A stretch of 34,278 bases of DNA, taken from a virus. Its lineage: Duplodnaviria > Caudoviricetes. The notes beneath the pieces were generated by a model, which had not been told where the DNA came from, did no database searches, and saw only the letters and a list, made by a program, of their open reading frames with translations. Made by a program: the position numbers and the translations under genes. The DNA is taken from positions 1-34,278 of the IMG/VR virus record IMGVR_UViG_3300010354_000288. One strand, given 5' to 3'. Below are positions 8,793-17,359 of the stretch, one piece after another; positions within the stretch are counted from its first letter, which is position 1, and the number at the start of each line of letters is the position of its first letter.

Positions 8793-11489
8793 TTATCCGG
8801 GGACAAGGGTTGTAGTTGTCGTTGTCGATGATGTTGTGGTGGTAGTTGTTGTAGTCGTAGTAGTGGTGGTTGTGGTCGTCGTTGTAGTAGTTGTGGTTGT
8901 GGTAGTTGTAGTAGTTGGAGAAGCACATGGGACTGTTGTTGGGTCATCACAGTAAGTTCCAACAACATTGTCTGGACAACCACATTCAAGTAATGCGCCG
9001 CCACCACAATTCGATGAAATTAACACATAGGCATTGTTGACGCAACTGTAAACACAGCTACCTGTACATTCACCATAGCAGGCGTCACAAACTGTTCCAG
9101 CACCAAGCCAGTTGCCGACATTTGCATTGCACTCTGCTTCGGTTGTGATTGTGCAACTATCTTGTGGGTAGTCACAGCAAGCACCAGTTGGTGTGGCAGT
9201 TGTAGTCGTAGTTGTTGAAGAAGTGGTTGTGGTTGTTGTCGTTGATACCCTGTTACAACCAACCTTAATTGAATCACCAGCGCCTGTTGGGCTCCGGTAA
9301 GCAGGCCCGCAATAACAATCACCGTTGCACTTGTCTACCGGCAGTTCATCCCAGAATGTTCCTGTTGATGATCTTCGGATGCAGTAAGAACATTCAACTG
9401 ATGGTGTTGTAGTAGTGGTGTAACACTCATCACAATTTCTACAGCCACGATCACCTTCGCAGTCAGTGTAATAAAGTTTACAAGGATCTGGGTTTGTTAT
9501 TGAAGGTGGTGTTAGACAACCACAAGTTCTTGGATCATCAAAATCACAAGTTAATGACTGGCATGTATTACAAATGTTAAACCAACATAAATCGTCATCT
9601 GCTGGTGGTTGCAAATCTAAACCTGAACATGGTGCGTACACCCATGTACAAACACCATTACAACAAATTGATGGATTTATACATTCGCCTTGACAACTAG
9701 AATGATATGTGTCACCACAATCAGGGTTTTGTGGCAAGTCAATCGGGTTTATATCACTGCAATTGCAAGCGTTACAATCTTGCGTTCCAGAATACCCAAC
9801 ACAACACAAATCATAATCTGCTCCGCAATAATCTGGTGTTCTGTTATCTACACCAACACCGCATTGCCAATTAGTTAAATACCATCTAATTATTGTTTCA
9901 CCAGTACAATTTGTTGATATGTCTTGGTAAGCAATAAAATCACAACCCGGCCTGCTCGCACAGTTAGAATAAAATTTAGTTGTCGTTGTGTTGCAATTGC
10001 ATGTGGTTGTAGAGCAGTATGGTGGGTCGTTGTCATCCACGTTGTCAGTGCAATATGTGATTGTCACATCACCATCTGCATCACCGCAGAAATCTGGATA
10101 CTTACATTCACACGGAACAGTTGTAGTTGTTGTTGTTGAGCTATGCGTTGTATAGCAATCTTGGAAGTCAGGGTCTGGTGTTGTGCTTGTTGTTGTGCTG
10201 GATGTACTGGTAACAACATCTGCGCAATTATCATACGAGATTGACCAAGCCTTTGTTGGTGCATCCCACTCCCAAGTACAATAGCCAGTGCAATCAGCAG
10301 TAACTGGTGGTGGTACAGATGTTGATGATGTAGTACTGGATGTTGTAACTTCAGTATCCATAAAGATTTCGATCTCGCGATCAAACTCTGGAAACTGATA
10401 GTTCATCATGTCAAGTGATTTGACTTGAGTGAACATCCCGGACTGACCATTGTAGATTCCGTGGAAGAACTCAATGTAATGGCAAGAAGCATCCGGCTTG
10501 AACGGGATGATGCCGAAGTAAGTTGCATCTTTTCTATTCAGCGGTGTAAACGAATCGTAGTACAACGTGCTGAGGATACAGGCGAGAATTGTAAGTTCTT
10601 CAAAGTATGTCGATGCGCGTGCATGGTCTGGATCGTAAATGTTATAAACATTCAAATCCTTCTTCATACCATCTTTGAATGTTTCTGTACCACCGTATGT
10701 ATTTGGGCATACAACCGGGTCATTCCAGAATGTTGAATTGAATTGCCGGTACTTCACCTGCAATTCTTCTGGGAGATAGGGAGCAAAGATGGTGCTATCA
10801 AATTTCTTGCTGACTAGCCTGCCAACATTGTCATCAAACAAATCCAAGTTTGTATTGTCGATATAAGAATTTCGTTTGATGCTGAATGTTGAACCAACAC
10901 CATGATCTTTATAAACCTGATGACTGGCAAGCTGAAGAACATCATTCAGCATGTTCCAATCAGAGTTGGTTGTTTGTGTGGCAACATCCCGCAGCATGAT
11001 GGCAGGAAACTTGGCATTGGTCTTATCAACACCAGCCCAAGCTGAATTGATGTTTGTGTTGTTCCAGTAAGTCTGTAATGCGGCTGACCAACTGGTTGCC
11101 CTTCCTGCTTGGCTGAATTTCTCATGCGGTGGGAACGGATCAAAATTCAATCTCGTTTCATGGTGAAAAGCCACATGCCGCTGGTCTGCAATCTTGACCA
11201 AGAAAAGCTGATTCGTGCTATTGACCGGGTTAGAAGCATTAACCTCGGTGATCATCAGATTGTTGATGGTAACAGTTTCGTTACCATCAGAGATTTTTAG
11301 CTGCAAGTCATCGCGGTTGATGAGGGCTGGTAAATCATCCTTGAGAAGCAGGACATGCCCGTAACCAGACATCCTGCCACCAACCAGACAGAAGCCAAAC
11401 CGCACCCCATTTTTCTGGAAGAAAGAAAGGATTTCGTCGGTTGGATAGACACAAGCAACCCCGCCGAGGGATGTGTAGGCAGCGCCCAT
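8793..11489 (-). CDS. large putative virion/tail protein with a C-terminal Cys-rich region interrupted by poly-Thr (mucin-like) tracts
   Basis: About 900-aa ORF. The first ~380 aa are globular. The remainder has dozens of Cys in CxGxCxW/Y and GACC-type modules separated by Thr/Ser runs. AAGGA RBS before the ATG at 11489. Confidence 0.7.
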   Translation of the reverse strand: MGAAYTSLGGVACVYPTDEILSFFQKNGVRFGFCLVGGRMSGYGHVLLLKDDLPALINRDDLQLKISDGNETVTINNLMITEVNASNPVNSTNQLFLVKIADQRHVAFHHETRLNFDPFPPHEKFSQAGRATSWSAALQTYWNNTNINSAWAGVDKTNAKFPAIMLRDVATQTTNSDWNMLNDVLQLASHQVYKDHGVGSTFSIKRNSYIDNTNLDLFDDNVGRLVSKKFDSTIFAPYLPEELQVKYRQFNSTFWNDPVVCPNTYGGTETFKDGMKKDLNVYNIYDPDHARASTYFEELTILACILSTLYYDSFTPLNRKDATYFGIIPFKPDASCHYIEFFHGIYNGQSGMFTQVKSLDMMNYQFPEFDREIEIFMDTEVTTSSTTSSTSVPPPVTADCTGYCTWEWDAPTKAWSISYDNCADVVTSTSSTTTSTTPDPDFQDCYTTHSSTTTTTTVPCECKYPDFCGDADGDVTITYCTDNVDDNDPPYCSTTTCNCNTTTTKFYSNCASRPGCDFIAYQDISTNCTGETIIRWYLTNWQCGVGVDNRTPDYCGADYDLCCVGYSGTQDCNACNCSDINPIDLPQNPDCGDTYHSSCQGECINPSICCNGVCTWVYAPCSGLDLQPPADDDLCWFNICNTCQSLTCDFDDPRTCGCLTPPSITNPDPCKLYYTDCEGDRGCRNCDECYTTTTTPSVECSYCIRRSSTGTFWDELPVDKCNGDCYCGPAYRSPTGAGDSIKVGCNRVSTTTTTTTSSTTTTTTATPTGACCDYPQDSCTITTEAECNANVGNWLGAGTVCDACYGECTGSCVYSCVNNAYVLISSNCGGGALLECGCPDNVVGTYCDDPTTVPCASPTTTTTTTTTTTTTTTTTTTTTTTTTTTTSSTTTTTTLVPG
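8808..8915 (-). repeat. poly-threonine tract (T28-SS-T6) encoded by mixed ACN codons
   Basis: Direct reading of the NGT triplets on the + strand; all four Thr codons are used. Confidence 0.95.
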
Positions 11490-11552
11490 GAGATGATCCT
11501 TGTACAAACCAGTAATTGGTTACATGGTACAGGGATACTTGATAATCATCTA

Positions 11553-11669
11553 CAAGGATCATACTTACGGTAGTATACCCTTTGTTCGTATTGTAATTGT
11601 TACTTCACTTCGTTCAGTAACAATTACACTACTCTCTACAGGGTATACATACCTCCAGTATGATCCTTG
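11553..11669. repeat. long nested inverted repeat (arms of 13, 4, 9 and 13 bp) able to form a hairpin or cruciform
   Basis: CAAGGATCATACT(11553-65)/AGTATGATCCTTG(11657-69); GTATACCCT(11573-81)/AGGGTATAC(11640-48); TGTAATTGTTACT(11592-604)/AGTAACAATTACA(11616-28). Confidence 0.9.
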
Positions 11670-11915
11670 ATCCTGATCTACCAACCATACCCCACACCCC
11701 CCAAACCCTCGCTGCGCTCGGGTTTTACCCCCCAGTTCCCCATCCTGTCAACACCCAACCTCTGATTTTCCTCCAGAAAATTGGGGAGCCGGGGGTACTT
11801 TGGCTAGGAGCCTCAAATTTGACCTATAACGAACGATCTCAGTTTGGGGGTGCTGAGATACCACCTAGACCCAGAAAACGCTTCTACGGGGCTGCTAGAG
11901 GCCAAATTTGAGATA

Positions 11916-13193
11916 TTAAGCCACCAGACCAAGCTCAGTTTCACCTTCTGGTGGCATTTCCTCCCCTTCCGTGGGTTGTTCTGGAGGTTGACCGGGCTGG
12001 GGAGGCTGACCCGGCATGACTGGGGCTTGTTCGGTTGGGAATAGCTCACCTTCGGTTCCGGGCGTTCCGGGGGCTGAATTGAGGGGGAACGGCATCGCGT
12101 CGAAGGTGTCGTAGGGGAGTAGTCCTAGCCGGGCGTTAATTTGCACCAGAGGCTTGATAATCTGGTCTACAACGTCATTAAGAAGATTCAGCAGTAGTTC
12201 GTACAGGACACTGTAAAACGCATCCTCGGGGATACTACGACCGGAGGATGACCCGAATCCTTGTGAACCGGATGACTCGATGACTTCTGGAGGGATGCCG
12301 AGGGCTTCTAGGATTTCCACACGAAGGGACTGACCGTATTCAAACAGACCTGATGGAATTGTATTTCCTCGGGCTGCTTCGTAGTCCCAGCGTTTGTTAC
12401 CTCGCTGATCAGTGTCAGAGGGGAGAGTCATGACAGCCCCAGCCCGTTTCTTTTCAATCATCTCTTGCGCGATGTCTTGGTATGAACGGATTCGACCATC
12501 CGGGAGTTGAACGGTTCCTTGTGGGTGTCGCATGATGCCACCCTCAAATGCGTTCTTGTAGAACCACAGACGGCGTACATCGCGGTATCCACCTTCACTC
12601 CAGATTTCATTCCATGGGACATGCGCTGCATACAGACGGGATAGACCGTAGTGCTTGTTGTATTCCTTCCAGTGAACGTGATGGAAGGCTTTAGGGCCAC
12701 CAAGGTAAACAGCTTTACCGGGGGCCATGTTGATGGTCTGGTAATTGGATACCAAGATGCCAACACGTTGACCTTTGTTGGTGACTACTTTGACTGACGG
12801 TGGTTCAAAGTCATTGAGCTTGCAGTAGACAACACGACCTGTCTTTTCATCTTGTTCGTATTCCACTTCGCAACCACTGTACCCCCATTCGATTGCTTTG
12901 AGAGCTTGGGTGACTCCTTGCCGCCAGAATCGTTTGATTTGATCTTGGACGAACTCTTGCACTTCAGGGGTATCTGATTCAACTTTGAATCGAGCCTTTG
13001 CCATCAAGTGACCTTTGATGATCCAGAGTCCAAACCGGACACGAGGGTCAATTAGCATCTCCCTGATGGTGTAAGTGTTGAATAGCGGACGGTTGCGGGT
13101 GTACCCCCATTGAGCCCAATAAGTTCCGGGAACGTAGTCAGTGACTTGGGTGTTTAAGAGGTCATTGATGTTGACCAGCATTTCGCGTGGCAT
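11916..13193 (-). CDS. portal protein (DUF935/Mu gp29-like)
   Basis: 425 aa with EMLIDPRV, LKAIEWGYSGCEVEY and YGLSRLYAAHVPW motifs, plus a Pro/Glu-rich low-complexity C-tail, typical of this portal family. Confidence 0.75.
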   Translation of the reverse strand: MPREMLVNINDLLNTQVTDYVPGTYWAQWGYTRNRPLFNTYTIREMLIDPRVRFGLWIIKGHLMAKARFKVESDTPEVQEFVQDQIKRFWRQGVTQALKAIEWGYSGCEVEYEQDEKTGRVVYCKLNDFEPPSVKVVTNKGQRVGILVSNYQTINMAPGKAVYLGGPKAFHHVHWKEYNKHYGLSRLYAAHVPWNEIWSEGGYRDVRRLWFYKNAFEGGIMRHPQGTVQLPDGRIRSYQDIAQEMIEKKRAGAVMTLPSDTDQRGNKRWDYEAARGNTIPSGLFEYGQSLRVEILEALGIPPEVIESSGSQGFGSSSGRSIPEDAFYSVLYELLLNLLNDVVDQIIKPLVQINARLGLLPYDTFDAMPFPLNSAPGTPGTEGELFPTEQAPVMPGQPPQPGQPPEQPTEGEEMPPEGETELGLVA

Positions 13194-13452
13194 TTTTTCG
13201 TTCCTCGTTGATGAACTTGGCTTTCATCAGTTCTGCTTGGTAATCGTCCCCGGTTGCCCTGAGAACGAGGTTGTAAATTCCATCTGCCGTCATGTGTGAA
13301 GAAGCCGATCTGACCCGCGCTTCTTTGTAAGCGTTGATCTTATCGGCTTCCAATCGAAGGATGTGCATAGCGTCATCAGTTAAGAGTCTGTCAGGGATGG
13401 ATTCAACTCCAAACTGACAGGCGAACTCAACCAATGGCTCTAACTTTTTTTT
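13162..13452 (-). CDS. tail assembly chaperone, frameshifted C-terminal part (gpGT-like)
   Basis: Open in the -1 frame from the A9 run at the end of the upstream ORF (…KKKLEPLVEFACQFG…); no convincing RBS/start of its own. Confidence 0.7.
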   Translation of the reverse strand, partial: KKKLEPLVEFACQFGVESIPDRLLTDDAMHILRLEADKINAYKEARVRSASSHMTADGIYNLVLRATGDDYQAELMKAKFINEERKNATRNAGQHQ

Positions 13453-13763
13453 TGCTCGACAAACAGTTCCGAGATTACACATGCAATCCGGTAAGCTGCT
13501 GGCTCAGAGACAAATGTTCCAAATCTTTCGCTCAAGTTCTTGGCGTAGTACGGAACATAGTCTTCATCTTTCCGAACTGAATAGGCTTCGTGCTGTGAGA
13601 TTAACATCATGCGATGTAGATCACAGACAGTTGATTCAATCTTTCCTTTGGTTTCACCATTGAAATGCAGATTGAATGAAACCTTTCGGTCATCGGACAT
13701 GATGTCAAATGACTGATTTTCAGTTTGAGATTGCTCTTGTTTCTTTGCGGGTTTCTTAGCCAT
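13440..13763 (-). CDS. tail assembly chaperone (gpG-like)
   Basis: 107 aa ending EQKKS*, with slippery CAA AAA AAA AGT TAG; AGGAAG RBS. Confidence 0.7.
   Translation of the reverse strand: MAKKPAKKQEQSQTENQSFDIMSDDRKVSFNLHFNGETKGKIESTVCDLHRMMLISQHEAYSVRKDEDYVPYYAKNLSERFGTFVSEPAAYRIACVISELFVEQKKS
13444..13454 (-). other. programmed -1 ribosomal frameshift site (C AAAAAAAAA G)
   Basis: A run of nine A just before the stop of the 107-aa ORF; the -1 frame stays open for about 95 codons. Confidence 0.7.
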
Positions 13764-13781
13764 TGTTTCTTCCTAACAGAG

Positions 13782-15740
13782 TTACTCTTTGTGTTTTTTA
13801 TCACCAGATTCTTTTTTTGCCCGTGACAAGTCGCCTTCTGGTTTTCCAAGAACTTTATATCTTCGTTCCCAAGTGGTAGCAACCATTGGGCAATCACCGG
13901 CAGATGAAATGACATGATGACTGATGATGTCTGCCTTGGCTATTGGTTTGACTTTTTTTCCGCCAATTTCTGCCCATATAGGCGGGTCTGTTTGCCCTCC
14001 AAGTCTAATTGCATAACCACGTTCGACAATTTCAAACTCATCTCTTTTGTAGTCTTGAGTAAAATAAGATTCTTCCGGTGAATCTCGAAAATACTTTAAC
14101 ATTGTGAACTTATTATCAGTAGTTGGATCAGCATTTAATTCTGGTCGAGAATATGTGTCATCTACGTTGTATCGTTGGTATGTTTTTTCACCAACATCGC
14201 CAACTACATAATACTTTCTTTGATAGTCAACCCAAGATGAACTTTCTGGCGGGCATTTAGCGCCAAACAAACTAAATACAAAGTCAGCAGGAAAGCCTCT
14301 TGTTGTTTCTAAATTTACATCGTAGTGCAAATTTATTTCGGATTGATTGCACAAAGTTGTTTCGTAATAAGTGCCTCCGTGTTTACCCGGAACAAGAGGG
14401 TACGCACCATTGATTGAGTTGCTGGACAATCGCATGTCTGTTGTCCAGTCAAACCAGTTTGTTGACTGCAAAGGTTTTAGAAGTTGAGTTTTGTCAAAGA
14501 GGTCATCTTGAGCAAGATCAATGTTCATCATCCATGTGACTTTGAACTTGTATTCATGCGAGAATAGTTCTTCTTCAAGTTCAATCTCAAGGATCAATGG
14601 AACTTTTACACGAGTTATGTCTCCAAACGGAAACTCACGTTCAGTTTCGTATTGAAGACGTTCATTTAGAATTTGTGTAAATATGTACCATGCTTTGATT
14701 GGGTTTACGTTTGGCCGCAACGTAATTGTTGCTGACATTGAGTTAAGCCATTTGAAATAACCAACAGTTGCGGCTGGGTTTTTTGATTCACCAAATAGTG
14801 ATGACCTCAGGTTGTGTGAACATCTAATTGATGTGACACCATTTGGAAACGCATTTGGTGATTCAATTTCTGTGTAAAGTATGCTAAAGTTGCATACTCG
14901 GTGATCAGGTGAAAAGTTAAGCTCATGCTCAACTTTATAACCTTGCATATTTACGCCAATCAGCTTTTGAATAATTTCTTTGTGCTGTTCTTCAATACGT
15001 TGTGTATTGCTGTAGTTGGCGATCGCGTCTTTGCCAGACATCAATGCCGATTGACTAGATTGAACTCTTGGTAGAGATACTTCTAAGTAACCATTTCGTT
15101 GGATTACTTTATAACCGTTTGAGTTTGTTTTGATATTTGTTGTTACGTTAAAATCAACAATACCAAGTGTTTCTCCAAGACCTCTTTGACAATACTTTGT
15201 TCTGACAAGAATTTGATAGACAATTCTTGCTGCCCTATTACCACCAATTGGTTCAAACGAAAGCATCTTCGGCATTGGGCCAAAGATTATGTCTTGCCTT
15301 CTTTTACTATCTTCTGTGCTGCTGTCAAAAATTAAATCTTCACCAGCGCCTTTAAGTGAGTAGACAAATCTTCCACCCGGTTGCATCAGATGTCTTCGTA
15401 TGACGCGAATTGCTTGATCTGCTGTGTAGTTATTTTGAAGCGATGTGTTCATTGGTGCATATAATGTTTCTTTTGCGTACCCTCCTCCAGTAGTGGCTGA
15501 ATTAGATGTATCTGGGTTTATATTTAACGCGTTTCCACCAGTATCATTTTGTGTAATGATTGCTTCGATGGTAAACAAGTATTCTTCGTACTTAATACCT
15601 GTGCCAGCATGATTTGGTACTGCGCTGATTTCAAGTTTGGTTTTTACCATTTCATTGAACACATAGCCGTTGTATTCAATGTAACCAACTGGTGTGATTG
15701 CTGCTTTTATTTGACTTCGTGTATATGCTGCACCAGCCAT
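13782..15740 (-). CDS. putative minor tail (tail tip/hub) protein
   Basis: 652-aa beta-rich ORF immediately after the tape measure; AAGGAC RBS. Function inferred from position. Confidence 0.55.
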   Translation of the reverse strand: MAGAAYTRSQIKAAITPVGYIEYNGYVFNEMVKTKLEISAVPNHAGTGIKYEEYLFTIEAIITQNDTGGNALNINPDTSNSATTGGGYAKETLYAPMNTSLQNNYTADQAIRVIRRHLMQPGGRFVYSLKGAGEDLIFDSSTEDSKRRQDIIFGPMPKMLSFEPIGGNRAARIVYQILVRTKYCQRGLGETLGIVDFNVTTNIKTNSNGYKVIQRNGYLEVSLPRVQSSQSALMSGKDAIANYSNTQRIEEQHKEIIQKLIGVNMQGYKVEHELNFSPDHRVCNFSILYTEIESPNAFPNGVTSIRCSHNLRSSLFGESKNPAATVGYFKWLNSMSATITLRPNVNPIKAWYIFTQILNERLQYETEREFPFGDITRVKVPLILEIELEEELFSHEYKFKVTWMMNIDLAQDDLFDKTQLLKPLQSTNWFDWTTDMRLSSNSINGAYPLVPGKHGGTYYETTLCNQSEINLHYDVNLETTRGFPADFVFSLFGAKCPPESSSWVDYQRKYYVVGDVGEKTYQRYNVDDTYSRPELNADPTTDNKFTMLKYFRDSPEESYFTQDYKRDEFEIVERGYAIRLGGQTDPPIWAEIGGKKVKPIAKADIISHHVISSAGDCPMVATTWERRYKVLGKPEGDLSRAKKESGDKKHKE

Positions 15741-15751
15741 GTGTTGTCCTC

Positions 15752-17356
15752 TTATAAATTAAACGAGAAGATTGGCTTCTTGTCGTTTGGATCTGAGTTG
15801 TCATTTCCAATTGATGCTGGTTGCATATTCAAAAATCTTGCTAAATTTGTAGCAATTGTATTTTCGCCAGTTGTGATTTTGTCCTTATTGTTTCTCAAAA
15901 ATTCTTTTAAGTCTGGCATGACCAGAACACCAGTAGCAAAAAAGTTCATAATGTTTTTAATTTCATCTTGTGTGAAATTAAAGTTTCCACTGAGCAGTTT
16001 TCCAATGATGTCAGCTATTGAACTGAGTTCATCAACGGCAACAGTTAAACCATTGTTAATTGATGTTAGAAGAGGCGCAAATGCCATTGTTAATGAATCA
16101 CCAAATTTAGTCATTGCTATATCAAGTGATGTTTGAGATTGCTCAAATGAGGCGAGTCTTTCTCCAAACTTTCCTGCTCTCTCGATATTGAACCGCATCA
16201 TTCTCATTTGAGTTGTGATGCCAGATGCAATTAAAGCACCAGACCAATTTCTAATCGAATCAATTGCATTATTGAATCTATTTGTTAGTAATCGTGATGC
16301 AAGAATAAGACCGCCAAACACACCAGCAGTAATTCCAGCGGCGACACCAATTGAAAGTAAATTTCCTGATATAAGCCTCATGGCGCCTGCCATTAAGCCG
16401 CCACCTCCACCACCACCTGCGCCGCCTGCTGCACCAGCGGGTGAACCACCAACAGGAGGTAAACCACCAATACCACCAATTCCTCCAGCAGCACCACCCG
16501 GCTGAACGGGAACAGCCATTTTGATATTGGCTGGTTGCAACGCCGGTACATTACTTCTAATTCCTAGTGGTTTGTATTCACCAGAAATCATTTGAGCCAT
16601 AGACTTTAATCTATCTCGTTCAGTTGGCTTAAATCCTTTTGGTTTATAGCCCCACCACCAAGGCATATCTTCTTCTGGAGGGGAAACAGATGTGATTGTT
16701 TCTTTCGCCATCCCGGCGGCAGCAGTTGTAGCCGGTGATGTTGTTATGACTTGTGACGCCATGCTTTTTGCTTGTGCGCCACGAAAGAAAGAACCTGTCT
16801 GACCAAATAAGGTTTTTAGCCCATCAGACAAAGATTGAAGGATTCCACCAACTCGCTGTTGAACTCCTTCACCTTCACCCGGAACACGGGATACATCACG
16901 CTGTGATGTGATACCGGCAGTATTGAGCAAGCCATAGATGCTGCTCATCCGATATTGGAATGTGGAATTTGGATTTATCGCACCGAGAACATGCCGAAGC
17001 ATCATTTCCCGATGTCGATCTTGTTTATTGATGTCGGCTTCTCGTGCGCGTTGCTGTTGTCTTATTACAACATCAAGTTGCCGTTTAGCTTTCATTTCCT
17101 GAACAGTCAGGCGAGTTTCCTCAATCTCCTTTTTCTTGACAGACTTCTCTTCATCAAAGGTCATCTTTTGATCTTTGAGAAGTTGTCTACGACCTTTTAA
17201 TTCTTGGTTCTCTTCAAATTCTTTTGCCCGCGCAGCAGCCTTCAATCTGGCAAGAGCTTTATTGAACTCTCGTACAGATGCAAAATCATCCGGGGATAGA
17301 GCAGAAGCGCTTCCATCCCCAGAGTCGATGATTTCAACTTCCAGTTTTTCTGACAT
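15752..17356 (-). CDS. tape measure-like protein
   Basis: Follows the tail tube gene; N-terminal coiled coil, Gly/Ala-rich linker, hydrophobic segment, helical C-terminus. Confidence 0.6.
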   Translation of the reverse strand: MSEKLEVEIIDSGDGSASALSPDDFASVREFNKALARLKAAARAKEFEENQELKGRRQLLKDQKMTFDEEKSVKKKEIEETRLTVQEMKAKRQLDVVIRQQQRAREADINKQDRHREMMLRHVLGAINPNSTFQYRMSSIYGLLNTAGITSQRDVSRVPGEGEGVQQRVGGILQSLSDGLKTLFGQTGSFFRGAQAKSMASQVITTSPATTAAAGMAKETITSVSPPEEDMPWWWGYKPKGFKPTERDRLKSMAQMISGEYKPLGIRSNVPALQPANIKMAVPVQPGGAAGGIGGIGGLPPVGGSPAGAAGGAGGGGGGGLMAGAMRLISGNLLSIGVAAGITAGVFGGLILASRLLTNRFNNAIDSIRNWSGALIASGITTQMRMMRFNIERAGKFGERLASFEQSQTSLDIAMTKFGDSLTMAFAPLLTSINNGLTVAVDELSSIADIIGKLLSGNFNFTQDEIKNIMNFFATGVLVMPDLKEFLRNNKDKITTGENTIATNLARFLNMQPASIGNDNSDPNDKKPIFSFNL

Positions 17357-17359
17357 GAA

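Noticed and set aside
8746-9007. Poly-Val, poly-Asn/His/Tyr and Gln/Leu/Pro ORFs in alternative frames
   Set aside because: By-products of the ACN repeat, which lacks stops in several frames.
8808-10350. Thr-codon repeats as a CRISPR array or a diversity-generating retroelement TR/VR pair
   Set aside because: No fixed repeat-spacer periodicity, no near-identical adenine-mutated copy seen, and no reverse transcriptase in the window.
11708-11721. Vector contamination suggested by the pUC/pBR322-like 14-mer
   Set aside because: The match is limited to 14 nt, the flanks differ from the vector sequence as I recall it, and the motif is embedded in a native hairpin.
11660-12049. Short ORFs in the structured intergenic region
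   Set aside because: No RBS, low-complexity products; the region is better explained by its inverted repeats.
15549-16505. + strand ORFs (195 aa and a Pro-rich 96 aa) opposite the tape measure
   Set aside because: Antisense shadows; poly-Pro mirrors the poly-Gly codons.
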